This document shows, one piece after another, positions 10,105 to 18,991 of a stretch of DNA of 64,000 nucleotides. Position 1 is the first letter of the stretch, and every line of letters begins with the position of its first letter. A program made the position numbers and the translations under genes. The DNA is from a bacterium. GTDB taxonomy: Bacteria; Zhuqueibacterota; Zhuqueibacteria; Residuimicrobiales; Krinioviventaceae. The DNA lies in the NCBI GenBank assembly GCA_963675755.2, contig CAXXMD010000003.1, positions 1,824,001 through 1,888,000 of the forward strand, in the 5' to 3' direction. The notes below the pieces were generated by a model that saw only the letters and a program-made list of their open reading frames with translations, was not told the DNA's origin and searched no databases.

Positions 10105-10608
10105 TCAAGTTAATGTGAAGGGTTTATATTCTAAATCGGTTGCCCATTTGTTTGACCAACGATCACCGGAAACTTCTGGTAAAAGTTTTGCGTAATTACC
10201 CCAATTCAAAATATGAAGTTCCTGTATTGTTATATCAATTGAGTCTTTAAATTCTTTGATATTTGAAGCATTCCAGGCTGGCTTGTGAGATGTAATCAAA
10301 AGTTTTTCTGATCTAATGATTAAATCATCCCATTTTTTATTGTTGATATTTTTTAAACCAGTTAATCTTCCTATATATATTTCGATTTTACCTTCATTAT
10401 ATTGGTCAATATCATATTGATGTTGTTTTATTCTAGTATAAAATGTTTGATCATAAGCCATTCCAATATATAGCAATGCGTTCGTAGCATATACCGGATG
10501 GTTACCATAAACCTGATATATACCATGGTCAATATTTGTATCATTAAATTTTGATAATTCATCAAGATCAATCGGCCCTTGCCAGTAAATATGGACAATT
10601 TCTCTCAT
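10105..10608 (-). CDS. GIY-YIG-like nuclease
   Basis: HGIYQVY...LLYIG...TRIKQH, later SEKLLI and WN; matches the GIY-YIG/Arg/Glu/Asn pattern. Confidence 0.72.
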   Translation of the reverse strand: MREIVHIYWQGPIDLDELSKFNDTNIDHGIYQVYGNHPVYATNALLYIGMAYDQTFYTRIKQHQYDIDQYNEGKIEIYIGRLTGLKNINNKKWDDLIIRSEKLLITSHKPAWNASNIKEFKDSIDITIQELHILNWGNYAKLLPEVSGDRWSNKWATDLEYKPFTLT

Positions 10609-10612
10609 GTAA

Positions 10613-11242
10613 TTAATCCTTTGACCATGATTTCAATAGTTTAATAAATTCAATCTCAAATTGATCAACGGAATCTTTTTTTTCTAACCAATCAATAAAA
10701 GTTTGAAAATCCAGACAGTTTGATTCCTGTTTATAGTTGTTTGGTTGTAGGTATAATATTAGATTTTTCCCGGTTTGACCAATATAATTATTTTCATCAT
10801 CAATTAACTTTAAAGTCTTTAATTTTTCCAATAGGTGATTATATTTAATTTTATATGGACTAACGGAAGCTATTCTTAAAATGCCATCTACTATTTTTTT
10901 CATTTCTATTTGTTCTAGCGATTGCAGGTATTTATCTTGTTTGTTATTTCTGGATTTTGAATCGGTTTTAAATTCAATAAAATAGTGGGTTCCAGATTTA
11001 CCTAGCAAATAAAAATCAACTTTATATGATCTATCCGCGAATGTTGTTCCTTCATACTCTGGTTTAATTGTTGCTAACCTGAGTGGTAATTCCGGAATAA
11101 TTCCATTGATTTCATCATTAAATTGCTCACTTATAAATTCAGGTAAATAAAATCCAATTAGGCTATCAATGCGAGGTTCTGCTCGGTACGCGGGCAGCTT
11201 TTTCCAGTCATCTAGTGTGTCAAAGTATTTTTCCCAATTCAT
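10613..11242 (-). CDS. PD-(D/E)XK nuclease-like protein
   Basis: PELPL...KVDFYLL...FIEFKTD...QDKY pattern; start reassigned to MNWEKY (AGGA RBS, removes overlap with the upstream gene). Confidence 0.62.
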   Translation of the reverse strand: MNWEKYFDTLDDWKKLPAYRAEPRIDSLIGFYLPEFISEQFNDEINGIIPELPLRLATIKPEYEGTTFADRSYKVDFYLLGKSGTHYFIEFKTDSKSRNNKQDKYLQSLEQIEMKKIVDGILRIASVSPYKIKYNHLLEKLKTLKLIDDENNYIGQTGKNLILYLQPNNYKQESNCLDFQTFIDWLEKKDSVDQFEIEFIKLLKSWSKD

Positions 11243-11276
11243 AGTTTTTCCTATTAAACTTTTTACTAATAAACAT

Positions 11277-11549
11277 TTAAAGGATTTGAGTTTTTCCTTT
11301 ATATTGACTCTTGAAGGCATTTTGAGTTATTGAGATATCAGAATTACCACTTAGTAAATTTGAGATAACAATTGCCTTGTATAGGTCAGATAATTGCTCA
11401 CGGAATTCCTGATCCTTAATATCTTGTTTGTTCTCACTGATCTTTTTTTCATCATTAATTCTTTTTAATAAACAGAAATTAAATGTTGAAACTATAAGCA
11501 TACCTAAAGTTGCAATAGCTGAAATTATCAATGATAGATTTTGCATCAT
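11277..11549 (-). CDS. Small single-TM hypothetical protein
   Basis: N-terminal hydrophobic helix plus coiled-coil-like tail; TAAGGTG RBS; co-oriented in the AT-rich operon. Confidence 0.55.
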   Translation of the reverse strand: MMQNLSLIISAIATLGMLIVSTFNFCLLKRINDEKKISENKQDIKDQEFREQLSDLYKAIVISNLLSGNSDISITQNAFKSQYKGKTQIL

Positions 11550-11689
11550 AAGCACCTTATTTTGTATTTATATCCTACTTCTTAAATGAAAAAAATATTA
11601 CATGGATTTTACGTCTAAAATTTTCAGAACCATTTTGTTGATCTCGGTCCCGAGGTCTCGGCAAATTATGGACTTAATACTTCAGATAT

Positions 11690-12526
11690 TTATTTTAATT
11701 CTTTATATAATACTTTCGATCCAAATACTTCTGGTTTATATTTATCCACAATATCTGGATAATGCTTTTCAATTGTTGTTTTTATTGTTACAAAGATTTG
11801 ATGCCTTTCACATAGTTCTTTATAAAAGGGTAATTCCCAATCATTTTGACAATATAAGAAAATAAAAATTAGTTCATTATCAGATAGTTTTGATAAAAGT
11901 AGATTCCTATAGATAATTCTATCAGTTCTGTTAAATGTTTTTGTATTCTCGTCAAAATATTTAATAATAGTAAAAAATTCATCAATATAATGAATTAATA
12001 TTGATTGTTCATATTCATTAATTTTTTTATAAAAAAAGTCATTAAAAGTTTTTGATTTTAAAACATCTTTATAGCCTTCTATTAAGGTTATTATTAAAGC
12101 ATGAAAATAATGAACATTATTATCTAAATCTTTAATCTTCCAACTATAACACCTAGAAAAGTAGTCCATGATATTAATAAATGTTGATTCGAAGCTCTGT
12201 TTTTTTAATAGTAAATTTTGTGAATTAATAGTGTTTCTATTTTCTTCCAATTCTTTTGAAGTTATTTCTATTTCTGATTTTTGAAGACGTAATGTGTATA
12301 GTAAAATGAGGATTGTCATAAATGATAAAAGTGGATTGAGAATACCTCCAAAATAATCTCCAAATTGGGCCCAGAGTGATTGATCTGTTGAAATACCACC
12401 AGTAAAATATTTTGCATAAATACCAAAAGTTACCCCAAGCATTAATAAAGCTGTGGTTCCAACAATTATTAAAATTACATTAAATAAATGATATTTATTG
12501 ATGTTTTGTGTATATGGTTTTTTCAT
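11690..12526 (-). CDS. Putative phage abortive-infection family membrane protein
   Basis: Two TM helices with WAQFGDYFGGILNPLLSF, coiled coil, QSFESTF and Y..LL.S.LS.NEL.FIF, typical of the putative Abi (PF16872-like) family. Confidence 0.72.
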   Translation of the reverse strand: MKKPYTQNINKYHLFNVILIIVGTTALLMLGVTFGIYAKYFTGGISTDQSLWAQFGDYFGGILNPLLSFMTILILLYTLRLQKSEIEITSKELEENRNTINSQNLLLKKQSFESTFINIMDYFSRCYSWKIKDLDNNVHYFHALIITLIEGYKDVLKSKTFNDFFYKKINEYEQSILIHYIDEFFTIIKYFDENTKTFNRTDRIIYRNLLLSKLSDNELIFIFLYCQNDWELPFYKELCERHQIFVTIKTTIEKHYPDIVDKYKPEVFGSKVLYKELK

Positions 12527-13251
12527 TATTGCGTATTTTGATTTATAATAAAAGTATTTCTATATTCTTGAAAATGAACTGGATATTTTTTAGATAACAT
12601 AGGAATAATATCATTTATAATACCAAAGTTTTGGAAATATTTATTTTTGAGAATGTTTTCATTTAGTGAGCAAAGAAGAAAGATAAATTCCAATTCTTGA
12701 TAGGATATTCTATTTAATATCATTCTTATATAAAAATCTATTTTTGAAGAGTTTATAGCTTTATCTTTTTCTAAAAATTCAATTTCTTGAAATAAATAGA
12801 AAAAATTATTGATAAATTTTTCAAAATATTCTTGTTCATTTGTTTTGAGTTTATTATAAAAAACACTGAAATTTTCTTTTTTTCTATCGTTAGAATTTGG
12901 ATATATCCTTAAATAATCAGATGTTCTGTTTTTAAGCAAATTTAATGGGTTATATCCATTTGCTACAAGATTTTTTTCATTTTGAAAATATTTGGTAAAA
13001 TACTCTAAATGATTAAATGCAATATTTTCGAATCTTTGTTGATTGTATATAATTTTTTGTTGTTGCAAATTTAGGAAGAGAATCCATATTGTGATCAATG
13101 TGAGAATTGGTCCAAGGATACCTCCCCAGAAGGCACCATATTCAGCCCACCTTGAATGGTCACTAGTAATATTAAAACCAAAGTGATTCCAATAAATTAT
13201 TATTGGAATAAATATTAAGCCAAATAATAAAGAAATATATTTTTTATCCAT
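12526..13251 (-). CDS. Putative phage abortive-infection family membrane protein (paralog)
   Basis: WAEYGAFWGGILGPILT, QRFENIAF, Y.RMIL..IS.QEL.FIF; TAATG coupling to the next gene. Confidence 0.65.
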   Translation of the reverse strand: MDKKYISLLFGLIFIPIIIYWNHFGFNITSDHSRWAEYGAFWGGILGPILTLITIWILFLNLQQQKIIYNQQRFENIAFNHLEYFTKYFQNEKNLVANGYNPLNLLKNRTSDYLRIYPNSNDRKKENFSVFYNKLKTNEQEYFEKFINNFFYLFQEIEFLEKDKAINSSKIDFYIRMILNRISYQELEFIFLLCSLNENILKNKYFQNFGIINDIIPMLSKKYPVHFQEYRNTFIINQNTQ

Positions 13252-13475
13252 TGAAACACCCCTTATTGTTAATAATAATATAAAACAATCCGACTGATTA
13301 TCAATAAAAAAAGTTGAGGTTGTTATAAAAATCTACAAGTATGATGCGCCTCGGCAAGTCATTTAATTGAGATGCGGCAAGCATCATCCTTCTTGGTGCC
13401 CTTTGCATTAAATCTTTTCCTTGCCCATTTCCCCAATATCCATTATCTTTTTGATAAATCAATCGGAGGTTCTTT

Positions 13476-15083
13476 ATGCAGTCCCGCAGAGCGTTTATCA
13501 AAAATATTGGTGTGGGCATAGGGGCGCTGTCCCTGTCGCCATTGGCGTGTTCACGCGTCCCCAAACAACCCAACATTGTGTTGTTGATGGCAGATGACAT
13601 TGGCTTTTCAGATATAGGCTGTTACGGTGCCGAGATCGAAACCCCCAATCTGGACCGTCTGGCAAACAACGGCATCCGGTTCGGGCATTTTTACAACATG
13701 GCCAAATGCAATCCCACCCGCTCGAGCCTGTACACCGGACAGTATTTCGGCAACGACTATTCCATCAATTTTGCCCAGCTCATTAAACAGGCGGGCTATG
13801 CTACCCTGTACAGCGGCAAAGAGCATTTCGACAAGTGGGTGCCTCAGCACTGTTACGCGCACAAAATTTTTGATAAATCCTTTACCTTTTGGGCGTCTAC
13901 CGAGTATTTTATTCCACCTTCGGGCGAGTTTAAACGTCCCTTTATCATGAACGGCAAGACGCTGGAAGTTTCTGAACTGCCGGTGCACCGCAAACCGTTC
14001 TATAAAACAGACGAGTTTACCGATCTGGCATTAGAGTGGCTGGATGAGCCGCTGCAGAACAACCAGCCGTTTCTGCTCTGCTTGCCCTACCATGTTGGGC
14101 ATTATCCCTTGCAGGCGCACCCGGAAGATATTGCCAAATACCGCGGCAAATATCGCAAAGGCTGGGATGCGGTGCGGCAGGAACGGTTCGAGCGCATGAA
14201 AAAACTGGGTGTGATTGGTGAGGATACACGTCTCTCGCCACCCGAGGACAATATCAACAAATTCCGAGGTCATCCGGAAGGATTTGAAGAAGAACGCGCC
14301 AAATTCCCGCTTTATCGGCCCTGGGAGTCGCTGACCGAGCAGGAAAAAGACGATTACGATTTAGAGATGGCTGTGTTTGCCGCCATGATCGACCGCATGG
14401 ACCAGAATATTGGCCTGCTCATCCAAAAACTGGAGGACGCGGGCGAGCTGGACAATACCCTGATCGTCTTTTTTACAGATAACGGATCATGTCCCTATGA
14501 CAGCAATGCGGATTTCAATATCCCACCGGGACCGCCGGAATCGTACCGCTGTTTGCGTCCCGCATGGGCCAACGTAGGCAATACGCCGTTCCGGTTCTAC
14601 AAGCAATACGGTCACGAGGGCGGCTGTAACACCCATTTTATAGCGCACTGGCCCAAATTTATCAAAAAGGGCCAGATCACCCATCAACCTGCGCATGTGG
14701 TGGACCTGTTTCCTACATTTCTGGAAGCAGCCGGACTCTTATATCCGCAGACATTTAACGACAAACCCACAACTCCGCTGCACGGTCATTCGCTCATGCC
14801 CATCTTTGCGGGGCAGCAGCGGCAGGAACCGGAATATTTTATCTCGGGCAATACCGAGCGGTTCCGCATGTTCCGCAAAGGCGAATGGAAAATTGTGCGA
14901 GTCAACAATGGCGATTGGGAGCTGTACAATATAATAAAAGATCCCACAGAACTGGCAGACCTGGCAAAGATTAAACCGGATGTGGTGATGGAAATGGAAG
15001 CGCATTATATAGAAGTAATGGCGGAAATGACAGCCGCACAACAATCGAAATCCGGAAACGACAATACGGGAGAAACGGCATGA
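13476..15083 (+). CDS. Arylsulfatase (Cys-type), Tat-exported lipoprotein
   Basis: SRRAFIK Tat motif plus LAC; PNIVLLMADDIG, CNPTR formylglycine motif, FTDNG, ELYNI..DP.E. Confidence 0.92.
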   Translation: MQSRRAFIKNIGVGIGALSLSPLACSRVPKQPNIVLLMADDIGFSDIGCYGAEIETPNLDRLANNGIRFGHFYNMAKCNPTRSSLYTGQYFGNDYSINFAQLIKQAGYATLYSGKEHFDKWVPQHCYAHKIFDKSFTFWASTEYFIPPSGEFKRPFIMNGKTLEVSELPVHRKPFYKTDEFTDLALEWLDEPLQNNQPFLLCLPYHVGHYPLQAHPEDIAKYRGKYRKGWDAVRQERFERMKKLGVIGEDTRLSPPEDNINKFRGHPEGFEEERAKFPLYRPWESLTEQEKDDYDLEMAVFAAMIDRMDQNIGLLIQKLEDAGELDNTLIVFFTDNGSCPYDSNADFNIPPGPPESYRCLRPAWANVGNTPFRFYKQYGHEGGCNTHFIAHWPKFIKKGQITHQPAHVVDLFPTFLEAAGLLYPQTFNDKPTTPLHGHSLMPIFAGQQRQEPEYFISGNTERFRMFRKGEWKIVRVNNGDWELYNIIKDPTELADLAKIKPDVVMEMEAHYIEVMAEMTAAQQSKSGNDNTGETA

Positions 15084-17701
15084 AAGGTTTCAAATTCGGG
15101 ATACTCTTATTTACAATCAGCATGTTACTTTTTGTGTCATTGGGCGCTGCTCCCATTTGGCAGAATCCACCCAAAGAGATCTCTACCGAGCTGGTGATCC
15201 TGGGTGGGGACGATGCCGGTCTGGGTGCAGTGTGGGCCGCGGGAGAAATGGGCATTGAAACACTGCTGGTACTTGCGCATGAACGGGATTTTGGTGGGGA
15301 TTTCACCCAGTTTATTCCCACGGACATTGCCGTATCTGCCCGGTGTGTAGGCGGCATCAATTACGTATATGATACATTCGCGCGCAGGCACACCAACCAG
15401 TCCTCCGGATCGTCTACCGCCGGCAAAGACGGTCGTGTTGCTCCTCCGGGCCCCAGTATTGATTTTCTCTATTCGCTTATCAGCCGTTATGAAAATATAA
15501 AGATCATTGCCGGCTATTTGCCGCAGCCGCATTCCGGTGTGCTGGATGCACAAAAGCGGGTACAGCAGGTATCGGTAATCTCGGAAACGGGAGAGGTTAT
15601 TACCATCCATTGTCAATATGCCATAGATGGCACCCCCGAAGGCTATGGAGCAAAGGCATTTGATCTGCCGTTGATATTCGGGCGTGAAGGCATGCACGCG
15701 GATGAGGACCCCACCCGAAACATGGAAGCTTTTGCAGGACGGCGTATGTTTGCAACCCGACGCGAAAACGGTCCCATTCTCAGCGGTATGGTTCCGCTGC
15801 TGGAACAGTACTGTGATCGCGCGCCCGAGACAGAAGACAATTCCATGGCCGCTAGTCCTGTAACGCCTTTGAAAGAATATGCTCCCGAAGGTGCAGACGT
15901 ACCGGATACTGCCCCGTGGCTGCTGGCCAATCCCCCGGAAGGTTATGATCCTGCAAATTTTGAATATCTGAAAAACGAAAAACGTCCCGGCGGCAATCGC
16001 AACGGAAGGCAGGTGTGGCGGTTTTCTGGCAACGAACCGCTCAAGTCCTTACCCGAGTGGTATAAACTGCCGGACGGCACACATTATCTACGCCAGGATG
16101 ATGTCTGGAAATGGAAGCGATATGTGGAACACCAGGCGTTTCTGTTTACGGTACAGTCCATGTATTACTATCAGAACAATACGCCGCAAGGCAAGCGGTT
16201 TGGTTTTGATAAAGCATCTTTTGAATCCAACAGCGCTACGTGGAAGCTGTCGGATTTTGGCACCACGAGTTATGGCGGAGATCAGTATGTCGGGTGTCGT
16301 TTGTATCACCGTGTGCTGGCGCGTCTGGATGTCCCTGATCACCTGGGCGGTCAGTTGTTCTTTCGCCGTGAGGGAAGACCCTACTTTCATGAAAAATCCT
16401 GGTGGGTGTCTGATGGCATAGGCGTACCCCTGCTTGAAATCGACTATCATTCAATTCTCGCGAAAAGTGTATCCAGCCCTCCGGGTGCGGGCCCTGAAGG
16501 GTCGGCTTTTACCTATTGCGTACCGGAAGCATCAGGACTCAATTTTCACAGCCTTCCGCGCAAGGTGATCGAACCGGATTACAGCATTATTGACAATTAT
16601 CTTTCTCCCGGAACACCGGCGGTGACATTTATGGCGCAATCGTCACTCAGAGCGGGGTCCAGCATGAACCATCTGGGTGTAGCCGCAGCAGCCATGATTG
16701 CGTTGGCTAAAAAGAATAATGTTCCTGTATCGCAGGTCAATACGCTCGAGCTGCAATGGCTGTTGGTCAATCAGTTGAACACTGCTATTGTCTATTTTGA
16801 AAATGCAATCGCTGGAACACCGCAATTCCCCTTTGAACAGATGGCGGGAGTGCTGGGCATTCCTCCTCACAATATCACAGACCAGTGGCAGCCAACGTAT
16901 CCCATTCATACCGAGGCAATTGAGCTGCTGAACCGATATTGGGAAATTAAACAACCCCGATTCAGTTTTGACGCGGATGAATGGCCCCTGACACGGGAAG
17001 AGTTTTTAAAAACAATGTTCAGCAAGGAAGAACAGGAAAAACTGGTGCAGCCGGGATATCTTGCTGATGTGCCAGTGCATTTGAACGAAATCCGGCAGAT
17101 CCTGACCCGGTACATGATCCGGAATATTGTGGAATTACCGCCGTATCAATTTCCCCGGGTATGGATTTACGACTCGTTTAACCGGGCCCCCGGAAACATC
17201 GACTATGCGGAAACCGGTTCCGAGTGGACGAATGAAGGATTCGAAATCTATCGCGGTCATGCCACATCAAATATGACAGAAAGCACCGCGTATCTGCTGG
17301 GCGAGGGCACAAAAGAGGATTTTAAACTCTCGGTTGAGCTGTGTCTAGAGCAAAAACCCGATGATATGGAAAATGGAGGCATACAGCAATGCGGACTGGT
17401 TTTTGATCATCAGAATAATGATGTATTTGGCTTTTTAGGGATCACCAGTGACCGGGGTGGATTGAAATTTGGTGTGCAAAGGAATGAAAATGTGTTGGCG
17501 GAGAGAGCACTGGACTCTGATATTGCCAGCTTTGTGCTGACCGTTACTCATAAACAGGGTTTGCTGGAATGCAGGGTAAATGACCAGGTGATCTACCATG
17601 CAAAACACCAAAAGTCTGATATGCTTACGAATGTTGGTTTGATCCACGGTCCGGGTAATGGCCGGGTTCATTTTCAGAATTTTTGTTTAGAATTGATCTG
17701 A
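15080..17701 (+). CDS. Secreted FAD-dependent oxidoreductase-like protein with C-terminal beta domain
   Basis: Signal peptide; VILGGDDAGLGAVWAA dinucleotide-binding-like segment, IDGTPEG, FGRE, GVAAAAMIALA; ATGA overlap with the sulfatase. Confidence 0.6.
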   Translation: MKGFKFGILLFTISMLLFVSLGAAPIWQNPPKEISTELVILGGDDAGLGAVWAAGEMGIETLLVLAHERDFGGDFTQFIPTDIAVSARCVGGINYVYDTFARRHTNQSSGSSTAGKDGRVAPPGPSIDFLYSLISRYENIKIIAGYLPQPHSGVLDAQKRVQQVSVISETGEVITIHCQYAIDGTPEGYGAKAFDLPLIFGREGMHADEDPTRNMEAFAGRRMFATRRENGPILSGMVPLLEQYCDRAPETEDNSMAASPVTPLKEYAPEGADVPDTAPWLLANPPEGYDPANFEYLKNEKRPGGNRNGRQVWRFSGNEPLKSLPEWYKLPDGTHYLRQDDVWKWKRYVEHQAFLFTVQSMYYYQNNTPQGKRFGFDKASFESNSATWKLSDFGTTSYGGDQYVGCRLYHRVLARLDVPDHLGGQLFFRREGRPYFHEKSWWVSDGIGVPLLEIDYHSILAKSVSSPPGAGPEGSAFTYCVPEASGLNFHSLPRKVIEPDYSIIDNYLSPGTPAVTFMAQSSLRAGSSMNHLGVAAAAMIALAKKNNVPVSQVNTLELQWLLVNQLNTAIVYFENAIAGTPQFPFEQMAGVLGIPPHNITDQWQPTYPIHTEAIELLNRYWEIKQPRFSFDADEWPLTREEFLKTMFSKEEQEKLVQPGYLADVPVHLNEIRQILTRYMIRNIVELPPYQFPRVWIYDSFNRAPGNIDYAETGSEWTNEGFEIYRGHATSNMTESTAYLLGEGTKEDFKLSVELCLEQKPDDMENGGIQQCGLVFDHQNNDVFGFLGITSDRGGLKFGVQRNENVLAERALDSDIASFVLTVTHKQGLLECRVNDQVIYHAKHQKSDMLTNVGLIHGPGNGRVHFQNFCLELI

Positions 17702-18715
17702 TTACTCTTTTGTTTTTTTATGTATCCGCAGTCCCAAAAAGATCAACCGTGTAACGGGATGCCTGAATACCTCTCGTTCAAGGAAAATGGGTATCCCTAC
17801 ACCACAGGTCATTGCCGCTACAAAGATTAATGGATCCAAATGGATGTTTAATTGTCTGAACAGCAATTGAATGCCTGACGTTCCAATCAGATGATACAAA
17901 TAGATTGCGTACGAATATGACCCCAGTTTTGCAATAAAGGGAATGTTTTTACGAAACCTGAAAAAGACCAGCATACCCGAGATGCTGACCCAGAATCCCA
18001 TGACGCTTTTGTAATCCTCATCCAGATTCCAGTTCAAGAACCAATTCAGTTGTTGGAAGACCACACCTGCAATAAACACTACTGAAACGATCAATACAGC
18101 TTTGGGATTCAATATCCGCTCGGGAAAACGGAACAGGCCTACACCCATAAGAAAAAAGAACAGCAGGTAGGGCAAGTTTTCAAAAGAAAAAAAGTTGGGC
18201 AGCATATCCCGGGTGGCAATTGTAACAACAAAAGTAATCAGTAAAGTTATTGACCACTTGCGAAAGGATTTTAGCATGCCAGCAAGCTCGAGAAAAGAAA
18301 TACATAGAAATACCAGGAAAATGGTTTGTAAAAACCAGAGGTGCCCAAAAGGATAGAGAAAGAACTTCCAGGCATACCGGTACGAGCCTGGTTCGTATCG
18401 GGTTGCGAACAGGTTGAGATAATATTTTAAAACCGTACCTGTTACCAGCGGTATTAATATACGTCTCACTTTGCCGGTTAAAAACAGGCCAAGGTTTCCT
18501 TGCTTCAGGGGGCGGTAGCAGTAAACAAATCCGGAAATGGTTGTAAATAATGGAATCCTTAGGAATTGCAGTGTGTAATACAAATAACGATAAAAAGAAT
18601 CGTTTCCTACATGCATGCCAAAGGTGCGGTTGTATCCTATTACATGGGCCATTACGATGAAAAAAACAGCAAACCCCCGTAAGGTCTGAATAGATAGATC
18701 CGTGTGTTTTTTCAT
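17702..18715 (-). CDS. Acyltransferase 3 family membrane protein
   Basis: IQTLRGFA...H, PLF..ISGF, HLWFL, LG.YSY.IYLYH; about 10 TM helices. Confidence 0.9.
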   Translation of the reverse strand: MKKHTDLSIQTLRGFAVFFIVMAHVIGYNRTFGMHVGNDSFYRYLYYTLQFLRIPLFTTISGFVYCYRPLKQGNLGLFLTGKVRRILIPLVTGTVLKYYLNLFATRYEPGSYRYAWKFFLYPFGHLWFLQTIFLVFLCISFLELAGMLKSFRKWSITLLITFVVTIATRDMLPNFFSFENLPYLLFFFLMGVGLFRFPERILNPKAVLIVSVVFIAGVVFQQLNWFLNWNLDEDYKSVMGFWVSISGMLVFFRFRKNIPFIAKLGSYSYAIYLYHLIGTSGIQLLFRQLNIHLDPLIFVAAMTCGVGIPIFLEREVFRHPVTRLIFLGLRIHKKTKE

Positions 18716-18991
18716 TTTGAGTTATGTTGTTTTGTTCTAGTTTAATCTAACACAAAAAATGTTTTTTTCAAGAAATATTTTTCATGCTAATAGGGGATAG
18801 TTAAGCATATGTTTTTTAATCAAAATAATGTTTGTTTTTACGGAATTTTATTTGATTTTTTAATAAAACAATAGGAATTCAAAATAAAATTCATTAATGT
18901 TGACCCATTTTTTTAAATAAAAAAATATTTTATTTCATTGATTTTTTTCTAGATTGATACGTATACAGACCAATTTTATAAAAGGATTCTT

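Noticed and set aside
7965-10108. ORFs 7965-8294, 9466-9666 and 9809-10108
   Set aside because: They lie within the palindrome mosaics and are probably spurious.
10105-13251. Integron cassette array
   Set aside because: No RYYYAAC...GTTRRRY attC sites found between the genes, several genes are directly coupled, and there is no integrase.
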